The notes under the pieces were generated by a model. That model had not been told where the DNA came from. It saw only the letters and a program-made list of their open reading frames with translations, and searched no databases. A stretch of DNA of 64,000 nucleotides from Chiloscyllium plagiosum (lineage: Eukaryota): NCBI RefSeq assembly GCF_004010195.1, contig NC_057719.1, positions 57,639,023-57,703,022 on the forward strand, in the 5' to 3' direction. Numbering within the stretch: position 1 is the stretch's first letter; each line of letters opens with the position of its first letter. The position numbers were made by a program, and so were the translations under genes. Shown one piece after another: positions 10,777 to 23,919 of this stretch.

Positions 10777-13042
10777 AAATGGTTCACACGTAAAATGAAA
10801 GGAGCTATAATACTCACCGGCTCACTGCCATTTCATCACAACTAAGATAATCTGATAGCTTTTCACCAAAAAATGTGCATGGGATAAGGACACAACATGC
10901 AGCTTTGAAAGAAATGCCTCACGTATCTGAGGCTCATACATCATACATTGTTCTATCGATTTGTATCAACTTTAGCTCTTCCATGACATTGAGCCATAAT
11001 TCAAGGATAATCCTTTAACTCCTAACTTCTTCCAAACTACATTTTTTCTGACTAGCAATATGCACAGATTATCACAGCTCTGGGATTGACATCTTGATTT
11101 CATGATAACCTCAAGTGAGGTACTCATGCACCCATGTTAAAGTCTCATAATACTCTTTCTTCTTCGGGAGACAAACATACATAACCAGCACAATTGTGCA
11201 CAGATTGTGAGGTAGGGTAGGGGAAATTGCTTCGTGTAACATTCCTTATTCTTTCATGGAGTAGGATGCTAAGAATACAGGAAAGCAAGGGAACTGTACC
11301 TGTCCCGAAGGGGAGTTTGGATATCTGTTGAAAGAGCCTTAAGCAGCTATTCTTAATTACACATCAAACAGCTATATCTCACAGAAACTTTGACACTAAC
11401 AGATCTTCATAGTTTACTACTTAGTCATTCCCAAACAATGCCAAAAAAATTCAGAGCCAGAATCCCTAGGCTCACTTTGACCAGCACCTCAGCATTTCAC
11501 TGAAGAAAAAGAGTTGCAAGTCTTGAAGAATACACCATCAAAGTCTTTCTTCCGAGCTTCTATTGGCACTGAAACTATCACTTCAGTGAGTAGTCTCTCT
11601 AGAGTAGGCTTGGTGTCACAATCTGGTGAGCAGAGCATTGACACAGCTAGAGAAATAAGACCTGACTGAGATTTTTGACTCCAAGAGGACTGCTGGGAAA
11701 CAGATCCCCACAAAGCTTAGTGCAACAAAGGTCAAATATGTTTTTGAAAGGATTCTTTTGAAATTTGCTTGAGGACTAAATTTTGATTTCTGGGTGCTAG
11801 GTTTTCATTCTCACTATCCCATTTATGAGGTGTTGCATTCATGTAGTAAAAATTACTTTTGGAGTTGTGTTGACATATGATACATTTTGACTTGCACAGA
11901 AACAGAATCAGGAGAATTAATCAATATCCTCAAAGTTAATGAATTCTCTTTTAAACCCAAAGTTTATCCCTTTAAGGAAACCACTAATTTCTAGATATCA
12001 CAGATTTTGAACTGGTACAACACAAATTATCAATAAAATTTTTATCAATATAGCTGCCAAACATCTAGACGCAAGAAGTCATCACTCTGAATGCATCTTC
12101 CACAGACTGGTGAATTCTCAGCTAAAGCAATTCTATTGCACATGCACAAAGATAATGTATGTAAACCAGGCCATTACTATGTTTTTTACTACAGTTTTGA
12201 TTTCAATTTCAGATTTTAATTTAACAATTAATACGGTATATGTTATAGTTTGATCTATTACATTTTTCCAAATATGGGAGCTCCTTTGCAACCTTAAGCT
12301 AGAGATTCCATATTTATTTGCAAGCAATTAATACCTCAGTAATTTAAAGTTTTCCTGGCTCACAGTTAGCTGAGTATTCCTTTGGTGACTGGTTTAAAAA
12401 ACTCTCCATTGTGGCCTCTCTCACTCCACCAAACAGCTTCTTTCTTACCCCAATTCCCTCTTGCAGTCTTCTTCTTCCCCTCCTGCCATCTTGCAATCCT
12501 CTCTTACTCCCACACTCATCATTTAGCCTTCTCCACTTCCTACAACCCTTTTGCAGCTGCCTCTTCTTCTCCCTCCAAACCTTCCTACCCCCGGCAAATA
12601 CCTTGGCATTTGCAGACAGAACTCTCTGATTAAGCAAAAAGTAGCCCCCGAGTTCAGCCTCAACTAAAGCTGGTCTCCAATCTCCCACTAGACTAAAGCC
12701 AACTCCTGCCACTTCACTCAATGCTATCACTTACACTCCTCACTGCTCATTGCTCCTCCATTCACAAGATTGTTTCTTATTCTCATTGCTGATAAGTTCA
12801 GCAGTGAGTGAATTTTCTCTGATATACATCCCCATGGTTGAATTTTCATGGTTGAGTTGGGATATTTCAGGAGTAGAGTCAACCCCCACCCAATACATTC
12901 TCTCTTTTGATGTACAAAAAATGAGATTGTGGATCACGCCATTAATGAGATGATGGAGACGCAGAGGCAAGATGGAGAATGACAGACAAAGGTGCCAGAG
13001 ATCATGCACATATTGGAGCAAAGGGCAGAGGAGTCTGCCTGT

Positions 13043-14430
13043 AGTTTCATGGTTTCATAGCAATAGAAGCAGCAGTAGGCCATTTGGCCCATCAAGCCTG
13101 CTCTGCCATTCATTAAGATCATGGCTGATCTATCCATTGTCCGAGCTCCTCCTACCTGCATTATTCCCATAATTCTTAATTATCCTACCTTGCAAAAACC
13201 CATCCAACTGTATCTTGAATACATTTAATGAAGCTGCCTCTACTGCTTACTTGGAGAATTCCACAGATTCATTACTGTCTGGGAAAAGCAGTTCCTCCTC
13301 ATTTCTGCTCTAACTCTACTCCCCCAACCTTGAGGCCATGTCCCCGGTCCTAGTCTCACCCATCATTGGGAACAACTTGTCTGCCTCTCCCTTATAATTT
13401 TATGTTTCTATAAGATCCCCTCTCATTCTTCTAAATTCTAGCGAGTAAAGTCCCAGGCGGCTTAACCTCTCCTCATAAGGTAATTCCCTCATATCTGGAA
13501 TCAACCTCGTGAACCTCGTCTGCACCACCTCCAAATCCAGTATATCCTCCCTTATGTAAGGAGACCAGAGTTGCGTACAATACTCCAGATATGGCCTCAA
13601 TAATACCTTGCATAATTCCACTAGAACCTCCCTGCTCTTAAGTTCAATCCCTCTAGCAATGAAAGCCAATATTCTGTTTGCCTTCTCAATTATTTGTTGC
13701 ACCTGCAAATCAAGTTTTAGCGATTCATGTATGAGCACTTCTAAGTGTTTCTGCATACCAACATGCTGGAATCTTTCACCATTTAAATAGTACTCTGACC
13801 TACTATTTTCACTTCCAAAGTGGATAACCTCACATTTACCAACCTTGTACTCTCTGCCAGACCCTTGCCCACTCACTTAACCTATCTAAACCTCTCTGCA
13901 GACCCTCCACATCCTCTGCACAGTTTGCCTTTCCACTCAATTTAGTGCCATCAGTAAGTTGGATATGTTGCACTCAGTATCCTCTTCCAAATCATTTATA
14001 TATATATCATGAACAGTTGTGGGCCCAACACCGATCCCCCATTCACCACTGATCTCCAACCAGAGAAATACCTGTTTATCCCAACTCTTTGATTTTTATT
14101 GGTTAACCAGTCCTCTATCCTTCTAGCACATTCCCTGCAACTCCATGCATTATTATCTTGTAGATGAACCTTTGATATGGCACCTTATCGAATGTCTCCT
14201 GGAAATCCAAATATACAACATCCACCTGTTACCCCCCCATCTATGGCACTTGTTACATCCTCAAAGAACTCCAGTAAATTTGTCAAACATGACCTTCCCT
14301 TCCTGAATCCATGCTGCGACTGCCTGATGGAACCTTTCCATCCAGGTGTCTCACTATTTCTTCTTTAATAATAGCCTCCAGCATTTTCCCAAGATGTTAA
14401 GCTATAGTTACCTGCATACCTTTTTGAACA
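13043..14430 (-). mobile_element. CR1 LINE, 5'-truncated RT and 3' UTR (decayed)
   Basis: KCEVIHFG...RPYLEYCTQLWSP...LSRLGLYSLEFRRMRGDLIET; short-repeat tail at 13043-13060. Confidence 0.9.
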
Positions 14431-15454
14431 ACAGCATGACATTCGCTGCCCATGTTCTGTCTGATTTCATAGCTTTGGCATATAAATGCTGGAGCAGCCA
14501 GGGTGCACCATGGGTAGTTAGCCTGAAAAGAAAATTCAGCATATGTTGGATGTGCACAGAATCCTGCACTGCAGCACTCAAACCCAGATGCATTCACTTA
14601 CTGGCTAGGTGTGAAAAGCTGAGGGACCTTCCTTCTGGTGTCCCATACTGTCATAGAGTGAGGTAAGTGCCATTGCACACTAAGAGGAAGGGGGACCGAG
14701 AGCGAGGCACCAGGGACTGTCATCCTATAACTTCCCAAGGCCTTGTCATACCGCTTCCCCTCAGCCAGAGATCCAAATCCTACATTAAGCCAAAGAGGTT
14801 ACTCCTGTCTAAGTCTGGACCACATGTCAAAGTCATCTGAGGCAATGGGGCAAAGCAATCAACTGGTTTCCTCAAGGAGAGTGCCAGCTGCCAATTGGCA
14901 TAACTTTGAATTCACTTCTGATGTCACTGAAATCACTCAAAGACAAATACAGCATTTTGTATGATAGACCTGTGGTTTCTTCCAATCTGTTAAGGTTTCT
15001 GACTTTACATGTTTCCCATATAGGCTACTTTGAGAGGTGATGATTATTCTAGATAATTAAACATGCATCATGGGCAGCAGTACAAGAAATTCTGAGGCTC
15101 TCATTCACTGTTGTCCTCTGAGAGGAACATTATGCCCATAAATCAGGAACATAAGCCAGATGCTGGGTTTTGGAATTTAATCAACATAGTTTAGCCTCTC
15201 TACATCTCAATGATAGATGATTGCCTCTTACAAATGAAGATTTGAGTTATGTAAGCATATCCCCAATGTAATCCTGCATAATTTCTTACTGATGCCAGAA
15301 AGATTATTGGTGCAAAGGAAATAAATTAACTCAATGTAACTCTATGTAAAACAAAATTATGAGCAAAGCATTCTTTTGAGAACAGGAACACCATTGGGTC
15401 ATAATTGGCTTTTAGGTCCGAGTGTCCACATATATGTTAATGCTCCCTCAAACC

Positions 15455-15790
15455 TCGCTACTACCAGATTTTACAGGCTAGTCTGTCTCCTGTTACAATT
15501 GTCCAGATCCAATGGTCACAGTCTAAGGCTATGGGGTAAGCCATTAAGACTGAGATGAGGATGCATTTTTTCACTCAGACAGTGGGGAGCCTGTGGAATT
15601 CTCTACCACACAAAGTGGTTGAGGCCAATACACTGAATGCTGTCAAGAGGGAGTTAGATATAGTTCTTAGGGCTAAAGGCATCTAAGAGTATGGGAAGAA
15701 AATGGGAAGAGGGTACTGAATTGAATGATTAGCCATGATCATATGAATAGCAGACCAGACTCAAAGTGCCAAATTGCTTTCTCCTGCTCA
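15455..15790 (+). mobile_element. CR1 LINE 3' fragment
   Basis: FFTQTVGSLWNSLP-type C-terminus and CR1 3' UTR ending TGTATGTCTCTATG. Confidence 0.75.
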
Positions 15791-15924
15791 TATTTTGTAT
15801 GTCTCTATGCCCTGACTTCCTCTGTATCTTAAAAAAAAGCACTGGTTTCCTCAGAGTCTCCATATGATCCTCCTTGTTTGTCAGGGGACTGTGTTGGCTG
15901 GTCTTCTAAGTTCACACCCAATCA

Positions 15925-17002
15925 TTTATTTTTATTTATTCATTTGGGAGATGTGGGTGTCACTAGCTTGACAGCATTTATTGCCTGCCCTTGAGAAGAT
16001 AATGGTGAGCTGCTTTCTTGAACTGCTGCAGTCCATGTGCTGTATGTTGACTTGCAATGCCTTTAGAGAGGGAATTCCAGAGTTTTGACCCAGTGACAGT
16101 GAAGGAACAACAAAAAATTTACAAATCAGGATGGTAAGTGGCTTGGAGGGGACTTTGCCAGTGATGGTGTTCCCATGTGTCTCCTGCCCTTGTTCTAGAT
16201 GCAAGTGATCATATGTTTAGAAGGAGTGTCTCACAATATTTGGTGAATTTCTGCAGTGCATCTTGTAGATAGTATGCAGTGTTGATACTGAGCATTAATG
16301 ATGAATGGGGTGGGCAATTGTGAATGCAGTACCAATCAAGCATGCTGCTTTGTCCTGGATGGTGTCAAGCTTATTGAGTATTGTTGAAGTTGCACCCAAC
16401 TAAGCAAGTTGGGAATATAAGTGACCTGTGCCTTGTAGATTGTGGACAGGCTTTGGGGAGTCAGGAGGTGAGTTACTCGCCACTGTATTCCTAGCCACTG
16501 ATCTGCTTGTGTAGTCAATTTGTTCATGTGGCAAGTCCAGTTGAGCTTCTGGTCAATGGTAACCCTCAGGATGTTGATAATGAAGGATTCAGTGATGGTA
16601 ATACTGTCAGTGATTGAATGCTACTGAAGGTGATTAGATCGTATATTATAGGAGATGGTCATAGCCTTGCCATTTGTCAGCCCAAGCTTGAATATTGTCC
16701 AGATTTTGTTGCATTTGAACATGGACTGCTTCATTATCTGAGGAATTGTAAATGGTGCTGAACATTGTGCAATCATTGGTGAACATCCCCACTTCTAACC
16801 TAATGATGGAGGGAAGATCATTGATGAAATAGCTGAAGATTGTTGGACCCAGGACACTACCCTGAGGAATTCCTGCAGAGATGTGCTGGAGCTGAGATGA
16901 CTGGCCTCCAACAACCATAACCATCTTCCTCTGTGCCAGGTATGGCTCCAACCAGTGGAAAGTTTGCTCCTGGATGCCCATTGATTCTGAATTTTCCAGG
17001 GC
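15925..17002 (-). mobile_element. CR1-group LINE (family A) 3' half; continues at 32064
   Basis: MGIQEQTFHWLEPYL...GIPQGSVLGPTIFSYFINDLP...MFTNDC; A-rich tail at 15925-15945; homologous to the plus-strand copy at 20260-24838. Confidence 0.9.
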
Positions 17003-19606
17003 TATGATGATACTATGGCTTAAAGAGATACATTTTGTCCTTGTTATTAATGAAGAAAGGTTAAGTCAGAGGTATAAAACAGTCTGCTCAAAGCCATTAA
17101 AGTAAACAGCTAATGAGGCCTTGGGTTTTTCTTAAAGTAGAAACAATAGAAGCAGCCTTGAATGAGTAGGGTCAAACTCCCACAGAACCAGGATTTTTAG
17201 TTATAGTTTTCAGTAGTATTTCCTGGGGACTTGAAGCTGGATGCAGAAGCTCTTATTCCTCACTCTGTTAGGCTAAAAATTGGGGTTCTCTTCCTGCTGC
17301 TAGAATTGCTTATGAGACAATGTGTTTTACTGAATTTACCTTTGCCAAATGTATGTTTATGGGATGTTACTATATTAGGACTGTTAATTAGTGGCAATTA
17401 TTATATATAAAATTTTGTTAAGCATTTCAATAGAGTTACAATTAAGCCAATTCTTGTCTTTTCTTTCTATTTTGCCTGTATTTTAACTGTAGTGTAACAA
17501 TAAAATGTTATGCTTAAAGTCAATAGTTAGCTGTAGGCAATGGCTGATTGCTGTTATCACTAGATTATTAATCCAGAAATTTAGCTAATGTTCAGGGAAC
17601 CAGGTTCAAATCCTGCCATGGCAGATGGTGGAATTTGAATTCAGTAAATAAAATCTTGAATTAAGAATCTACTGATCACCGTGAAATCATTGTTGATTGT
17701 CAGAAGAACACATTTGGTTCACTAATGTTCTTCAGGGAAGGAAATCTGCATCCTCATCTATTCTGGCCTATAAGAGACTCCAGACCCAAAGCAATGTGGT
17801 TGACTTTCAACTGCCCTCTGAAATAGCCTAGCAAGCCATTCAGTTGTAACAATCGCTACAAAGTCTCAAAGAAAAACTGAAAGGATCATCTACATTGACA
17901 TCGGCACCAGAAAAGACAACAGCAGAAACAGCCCTGTCGACTCGCAAAGTCCTCCTCACTAACATCTAGGGACTAGTGCCAAAATTGGGAGAGCTGTCTC
18001 ATACAGAAGTTAAGCAACAGCCTGACATCATCATACTCTTAGAACCATACCTTACAGACAATATCCCAGACACCATTACCATCCCTGGATATTTCCTGTC
18101 TCACCGGCAGGACAGACCCAGCAGAGTAGTATCCGGTCGGGACAGAGTTATTCTGGGAGTCCTCAACATTGACTCTGGGACCCTATGAAGTCTCATAACT
18201 TCCGGTTAAACATGGACAAGGAAACCTCCTGATGATTACCACACACTGTCATCCCTCAACTGATGAATTGGTACTCCTTCATGTTGAACAACACTTGGAG
18301 AAAGCACTGAGGATGGCAAGTGCAAAAAAAGTACTCTGGGTGGGGGAGCTTCAATGTCCACCATCAAGAGTGGCTTGGCAGTAGGACTGCTGATCGAGCT
18401 GGTCGGGTCCTGAAGGACATAGCTGCTCGACTGGGTCTGCAGCAGGTGACGAGGGAACCAACAGGAGGGAAAAACATACTTGACCTCATCCCTATCAATC
18501 TGCCAGCTGCAGATGCATCTGTCCCGCCTTCACATTGAGAATAACCTGGATTATGTTGTGTGGCACTATCACAGACTTCAAACAAATCTAGCAACTCAAG
18601 ATTGGGCATCCAGGAGGCACTGTGGGCCATCAACAGCAGCAGAATTATACTCCAGCACAATCTGTAACTCCATGGGCTCACATAACCCCCAGTCAACCAT
18701 TATCATCAAGCCAGGGGATCAACCAAGGTTCAATGGACAGTGCAGGAGAGCATGTCAGACTCAGGACCAAGCATACCTAAAAACGAGGTGTCAACCTGGT
18801 GAAGCTACTAAACAGGACTACTTACATGCCAAACAGCATAAGCAGCAAGTGATAAACTAGCTAAGCGATCCCACACCCAATGGATCAGATCTAAGCTCTG
18901 CAGTCCTGCCACATCCAGTTGAGAATGGTGGTGGACGATTAAACAACTCACTAGAGGAGGAGACTCCACAAATATCTCCATCCTTAATGATGGAAGAGTC
19001 CAAAACATCAGTGCCAAAGGTAAGCTGAAGCATTTGCAGCAATCTTCAGCCTGAAGTGTCAAGTGCCAATCCATCTCGGCTTCCTCCACTGGTCTGCAGC
19101 ATTACAGATACCAGTCTTCAGCCAATTCGATTCATTCTACATGATATCAAGAAACGGTTGGAGACATTGGATATTGCTAAAGCTATAGGCCCTGACAATA
19201 TTCCAGCAATAGTACAGAAGACTTGTGCTCCAGAACTTGCCACTCCCCTTGTCAAGCTGATCCGGTATAGTTACAGCACTGGTATCAATCCAACAATGTG
19301 CTAATTGCCTAAGCAGGTCCTGTGCATAAAAAACAGGACAAATCCAACCTGGCCAATTACAGCCCTATCAATCTACTCTTAATTATCAGTAAAGTAATGG
19401 AAAGTCTCATCAACAGTGCTATCAAGCTGCACCTTCGCAGCAATAACCTGCTCAGTGATGCTCAGTTTGGGTTCTGCCAAGGCCACTCAGCTCTGGACCT
19501 CATTACAACCTTGGTTCAAACATGGAAAAAACTGGTGAGGTGGAAGTGACAGTCCTTGATATCAAGGCTGCATTCGCTCAAGTGTGGCTTCGGCATCAAG
19601 GAGACC

Positions 19607-20244
19607 AAATCGAGAGTGTGGACCTGGAAATGCACAGCAGGTCAGGCAACATCCAAGGAGCAGGAGAATTGACATTTTGGGCATAAGCTCTTCATCAGGA
19701 ATGAGGCTTGTGGGCCAGGGGCCCTGAAAGATAAATGGGAGGGGACTGGGTCTGGGGGGAAGGTAGCTGAAAATGCAATAGGTAGATGAAGTTGAGGGAG
19801 AAGTTGATAGGTAGGAGAAGTGGATAGATGGAAAAAACGATGGACAGGTCAAGAGGACGATGCTGACTTGGAGGCTTGGGACTGAGATAAGGTGGGGGAT
19901 GGGGTATTGAGGAAACTGGTGAAATCCACATTAATCCCGTGTGGTTGCAGGGTCCCAAGGCAGAAGGAGAGGCGTTCTTCCTCTAGGCGTCAGGTGGTTG
20001 GGATTTGGTGATGGAGGAGGCCCAGGGCCTGCACGTCCTTGATGGAATGGGAGGGGGATTTGAAGTGTTCAGACACAGGGCAGTGGGGTTGGTTGGTGTA
20101 GGTATCCCAGAGATGTTCTCTGAAATGATCCGCAAGTTGGTGTCCTGTAGAGGAGATTACATCAGGTGCAATAGATACAGTGGATGACATTTGTGGAGGT
20201 ACAGGTAATTTCTGTCCCTCCAGATGTGGAAGGAAACCAAGCAA
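19607..20244 (-). mobile_element. Penelope-like element 3' part (GIY-YIG region + pLTR), 12-bp TSD
   Basis: TGHQLADHFREHL...PVSEHFKSPSHS..DVQALGL; degenerate hammerhead core CTGATGA-AGAGC-TTAT-GCCC-AAAA near 19671-19698; TSD ATCAAGGAGACC at 19595-19606 and 20245-20256. Confidence 0.85.
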
Positions 20245-20402
20245 ATCAAGGAGACCGAGCAAAACTGGAATCAACGGGTATCAGGCTGCAAACTCTCTGG
20301 TTGGAGTCATACCTGGCACAAAGGAAGATGGTCGTAGTAGTTGGAGGTCAGTCATCTGAGCTCCAGGATATCTCTGCAGGAGTTCCTCAGGGTAATGTTC
20401 CT

Positions 20403-23400
20403 CGGGAAAAAAGAGTGGAAAGGCTATAGTCATAGGGGATTCAATTATAAGAGGAGTAGATGAGCATTTCTGTGGTCAAAAACGAGACTCCCAACTGGTA
20501 TGTTGCCTCCCAGGTGCACTGGTCAGGGATGTCTTGGATCGACTGCAGAAAATTCTCGAGGGCGAGTGTGAACAGCCAGTTGTCGTGATGCATATAGACA
20601 CAAATGATATAGGGTAAAAAAAAATAGGATGAGGTCCTACACAAAGAATTTAGGGAGTTAGGAACCAAATTAAAATGTAGGACGTCAGAGTAATCTCAGG
20701 ATTGCTAATAGTGCCATGTGTGAGTCAGAGTAGGAATGATAGAATATTCAGAATGAATGTGTGGTTTGGGAGATGGTGCAAGAGGGAGGGGTTCTGATTT
20801 TTGGGACATTGGGACCAGTTCTGGGGGAGGTGGGACTATTACAAATTGGATAGTCTACACCTGGGCCAGACTGGAACCAATGTCCTTGGGGGTGCTTTCG
20901 CTAGTGCTGTTGGGGAGGGTTTAAACTAATGTGGCAGAGGCATGGGAACTATATGAGGTTAGTGGACAGGAAGTAGGTAGTAATTAAAGCCTGTAAGGAA
21001 CTAGATAAGTCAGCGTGACTGAGGGGAAGAGTAGGCAGTAAGTGGCGGATGAACGCAGAGGGACTGGTGGTCTGAGGTGCATTTGTTTTAATGCAAGAAG
21101 TATAGTAGGTCAGGCAGTTGAAGTTAGGGCTTGGAATAGTACCTGGGAGTATGACGTTATTGCTATTACTGAGACTTAGTTGAGGGAAGGGCATGATTGG
21201 CAACTAAATGTCCCAGAATATCGATGCTTCAGGCAGGAAAGAAAGACAGGTAAAAGAGATGGAGGAGGTGCATTATTGGTCAGAGAGGATATCACAACAG
21301 TGCTGAAGGAGGGTATTATTGAGGATTCGAGCAGTGAGGCAATATGGGCAGAGCTCAGAAATACGAAGGAAGCGGTAACAATGTTGGGACTGTACTACAG
21401 GCCTCCCAACAGTGAACATGAGATCAAGGTACAAATATGTAGAGAGATCATAGAAAGATCCAGGAGCAACAGGGTGGTGGTGATAGGAGATTTTAATTTT
21501 CCCAACATTGACTGGGATTCACTTAATGTTAAAGGATTGGATGGAGCAGAATTTGTAAGGAACATACAGGAGGGTTTTCTAGAGCAGTATAGAAGTATTC
21601 CAACTCGTGAAGGGGCCATGCCGGACTTGGTGTTTGGAAATGAGCCCAGCCAGGTGGTTAAAGTTTCAGTGGGGGATTATTTTGGGAATAGTGATCACAA
21701 TTCCATACATCTTAGGATATTCATGGTCCTTAAGGAAACCTGCTAAATTGGGGGAAGGCCAACTATACCAAACTTCGGCAGGAACTGGGGATTTAAGATT
21801 GGGAGCAGCTATTTGAAGGGAAATCCACATTCGATATGTGGGATGCTTTTAGAGAGAGGTTGATTAGAGTTCAGGAGAGATATGTCCTTGTGAAAATGAG
21901 GGATAGAAACGGCAAGATTAGGGAACCATGGATGGCAGGTGAAATTGTGAGACTAGTTAAGAGGAAAAAGGATGCATACATAAGATCTAAGAGACTGAAG
22001 TCAGACGAAGCTTGGGAGAATATTGAGAATGTAGAAGCAACCTGAAACGAGGAATTAAGAGGGCTAGAAGAGGTCATCCTTAGCGAGCAGGGTTAAGTAA
22101 AACCCCAAAGCCTTTTATTCATAGATAAGGAGCAAGAGGGTAACGAGTGAAATGGTTGGCTCAAGGGCAAAGGAGGAAAGATATGCGTGGAGTCAGAGAA
22201 AATATGTGAGACTCTTAATGAGAACTTTGCATCGGTATTCACCGAGGAGAGGGACATGGTGAATGTTGAGGTTAGGGATAGATTTTTGATTACTCGAGTT
22301 CAAGTCAGCACAAGGAGGGAGGAAGTGTTGTGTATTCTAAAAGGCATTAAGGTGGACAAGTCCCCAGGACCAGATGGGATCTATCCCAGGTTACTGAGGA
22401 ACGCGAGAGGAAATAGCTAGGGCTTTTACAGATATCTTTGCAGCATCCTTGAAAACAGAAAAGGTCCCAGAGGACTGAAGAATTGCTAATGTTGTCCCCT
22501 TGTTTAAGAAGCGTAGTAAGGATAATCAGGTAATTACAGCCGTGTAAGCCTGACATCAGTGGTAGGGAAGCTACTGGAGAAGATACTAAAAGATAGGATA
22601 TATACCCATTTAGAAGAAAATGGGCTTATTAGTGAAAGGCAACATGGTTTTGTGCAGGGAAGATCATGTCTCACAAACCTAATAGAATTCTTTGAAGAGG
22701 TGCCAAAGTTGATTGATGAGGGAAGGCATGTAGATGTCATATATATGAACTTTAGTAAGGCTTTTGATAAGGTTCCACATGGTAAGCTGATTGAAAAGGT
22801 GAAGTCACATGAGATCCAGGGTGTTCGAGCCAGATGGATAGAGAACTGGTTAGGCAACAGGAGACAGAGAGTAGTAGTGGAAGGGAATTTCTCAAAATGG
22901 AGACCTGTGACCAGTGGTGTCCAACAGGGATCCATGCTGGGACCACTATTATTTGTGATAAATGATTTGGAGGAAGGTGGAGGTTGCATCATCAGCAAGT
23001 TTGCAGATGACACTAAGATTGGTGGGGTAGCAGTAAGTGAAGGGGATTGTCAGAGCATACAGCAGAATATAGATAGACTGGAGAGCTGTGCAGGGAAATG
23101 GCAGATGGATTTCAATCTGGACAAATGTGAAGTGCTGCATTTTGGAAGATGCAATTCCAGAATGAACTATACTGTAAATGGAAAAGTCCTGGGGAAAATT
23201 GATGTACAGAGAGATTTGGGTGTTCATGTCCATTGTTCCCTGAAGGTGGTAATGCAAGTCAGTAGAGTCGTCAAGAAGGCAAACGGCATGCTTTCCTTCA
23301 TTGGATGGGGTATTGAGTACAAGAGTTGGCAGGTCATATCACAATTGTATAAGACTTTGATTCGGCCACATTTGGAATATTGCATTCAGTTCTGGTTGCC

Positions 23401-23919
23401 ACATTACCAAAAAAGATGTAGATGCTTTGGAGAGGGTGCATAGGAGGTACACCAGAATGTTGCCTGGTATGGAGGGTGCTAGCTATGAGGAGAGGTTGAG
23501 TAGATTAGGATAATTTTCATTGGAAAGAAGGCAGTTGAGGGGGGACCCCATTGAGGCCTACAAAATCATGAAAGGTATGGACAGGGTGGATAGCAAGAAA
23601 CTTTTCCCCAGAGGATCCAATTACTCGAGGTCATGAGTTCAAAGTGAGAGTGGAAATGTTTAGGGGAGATATATGTGGAAAGTTCTTTACACAGAGGATG
23701 TTGGGTGCCCGGAATATGTTGCCAGCAGAGGTGGTAGGGGCGGGAATGATAGCATCATTTAAAATGTATCTTGACAGATGTATGAATGGACAGAGAGCAA
23801 AGGGGTACAGATTCTTAGAAAGTAGACAGCTGATGTAGATAGAGGATATGGATTGGTACAGGCTTGAAGGGCTGAAGGGCCTGTTCCTGCGCTGTAATGT
23901 TCTTTGTTCTTGTTCTTTA
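20403..23919 (+). mobile_element. CR1 LINE with ORF1 esterase (SGNH-like) remnant, APE and RT
   Basis: ORF1 remnant VCCLPG...PVVVMHIDTNDIG; APE YRPPN...IGDFNFPNIDW...GNSDHN; RT QHGF...KAFDKVPH...QGSMLGP...FADDTK; (TGTTCTT)n tail; imperfect TSD TAATGT(T)CCT. Confidence 0.93.

Noticed and set aside
12344..12730. 128-aa basic ORF
   Set aside because: Reverse complement of a pyrimidine-rich low-complexity tract; no homology recognised.
22559..23443. 294-aa RT ORF as an active or domesticated gene
   Set aside because: It is a stretch of a CR1 ORF2 with stops and frameshifts on both sides.
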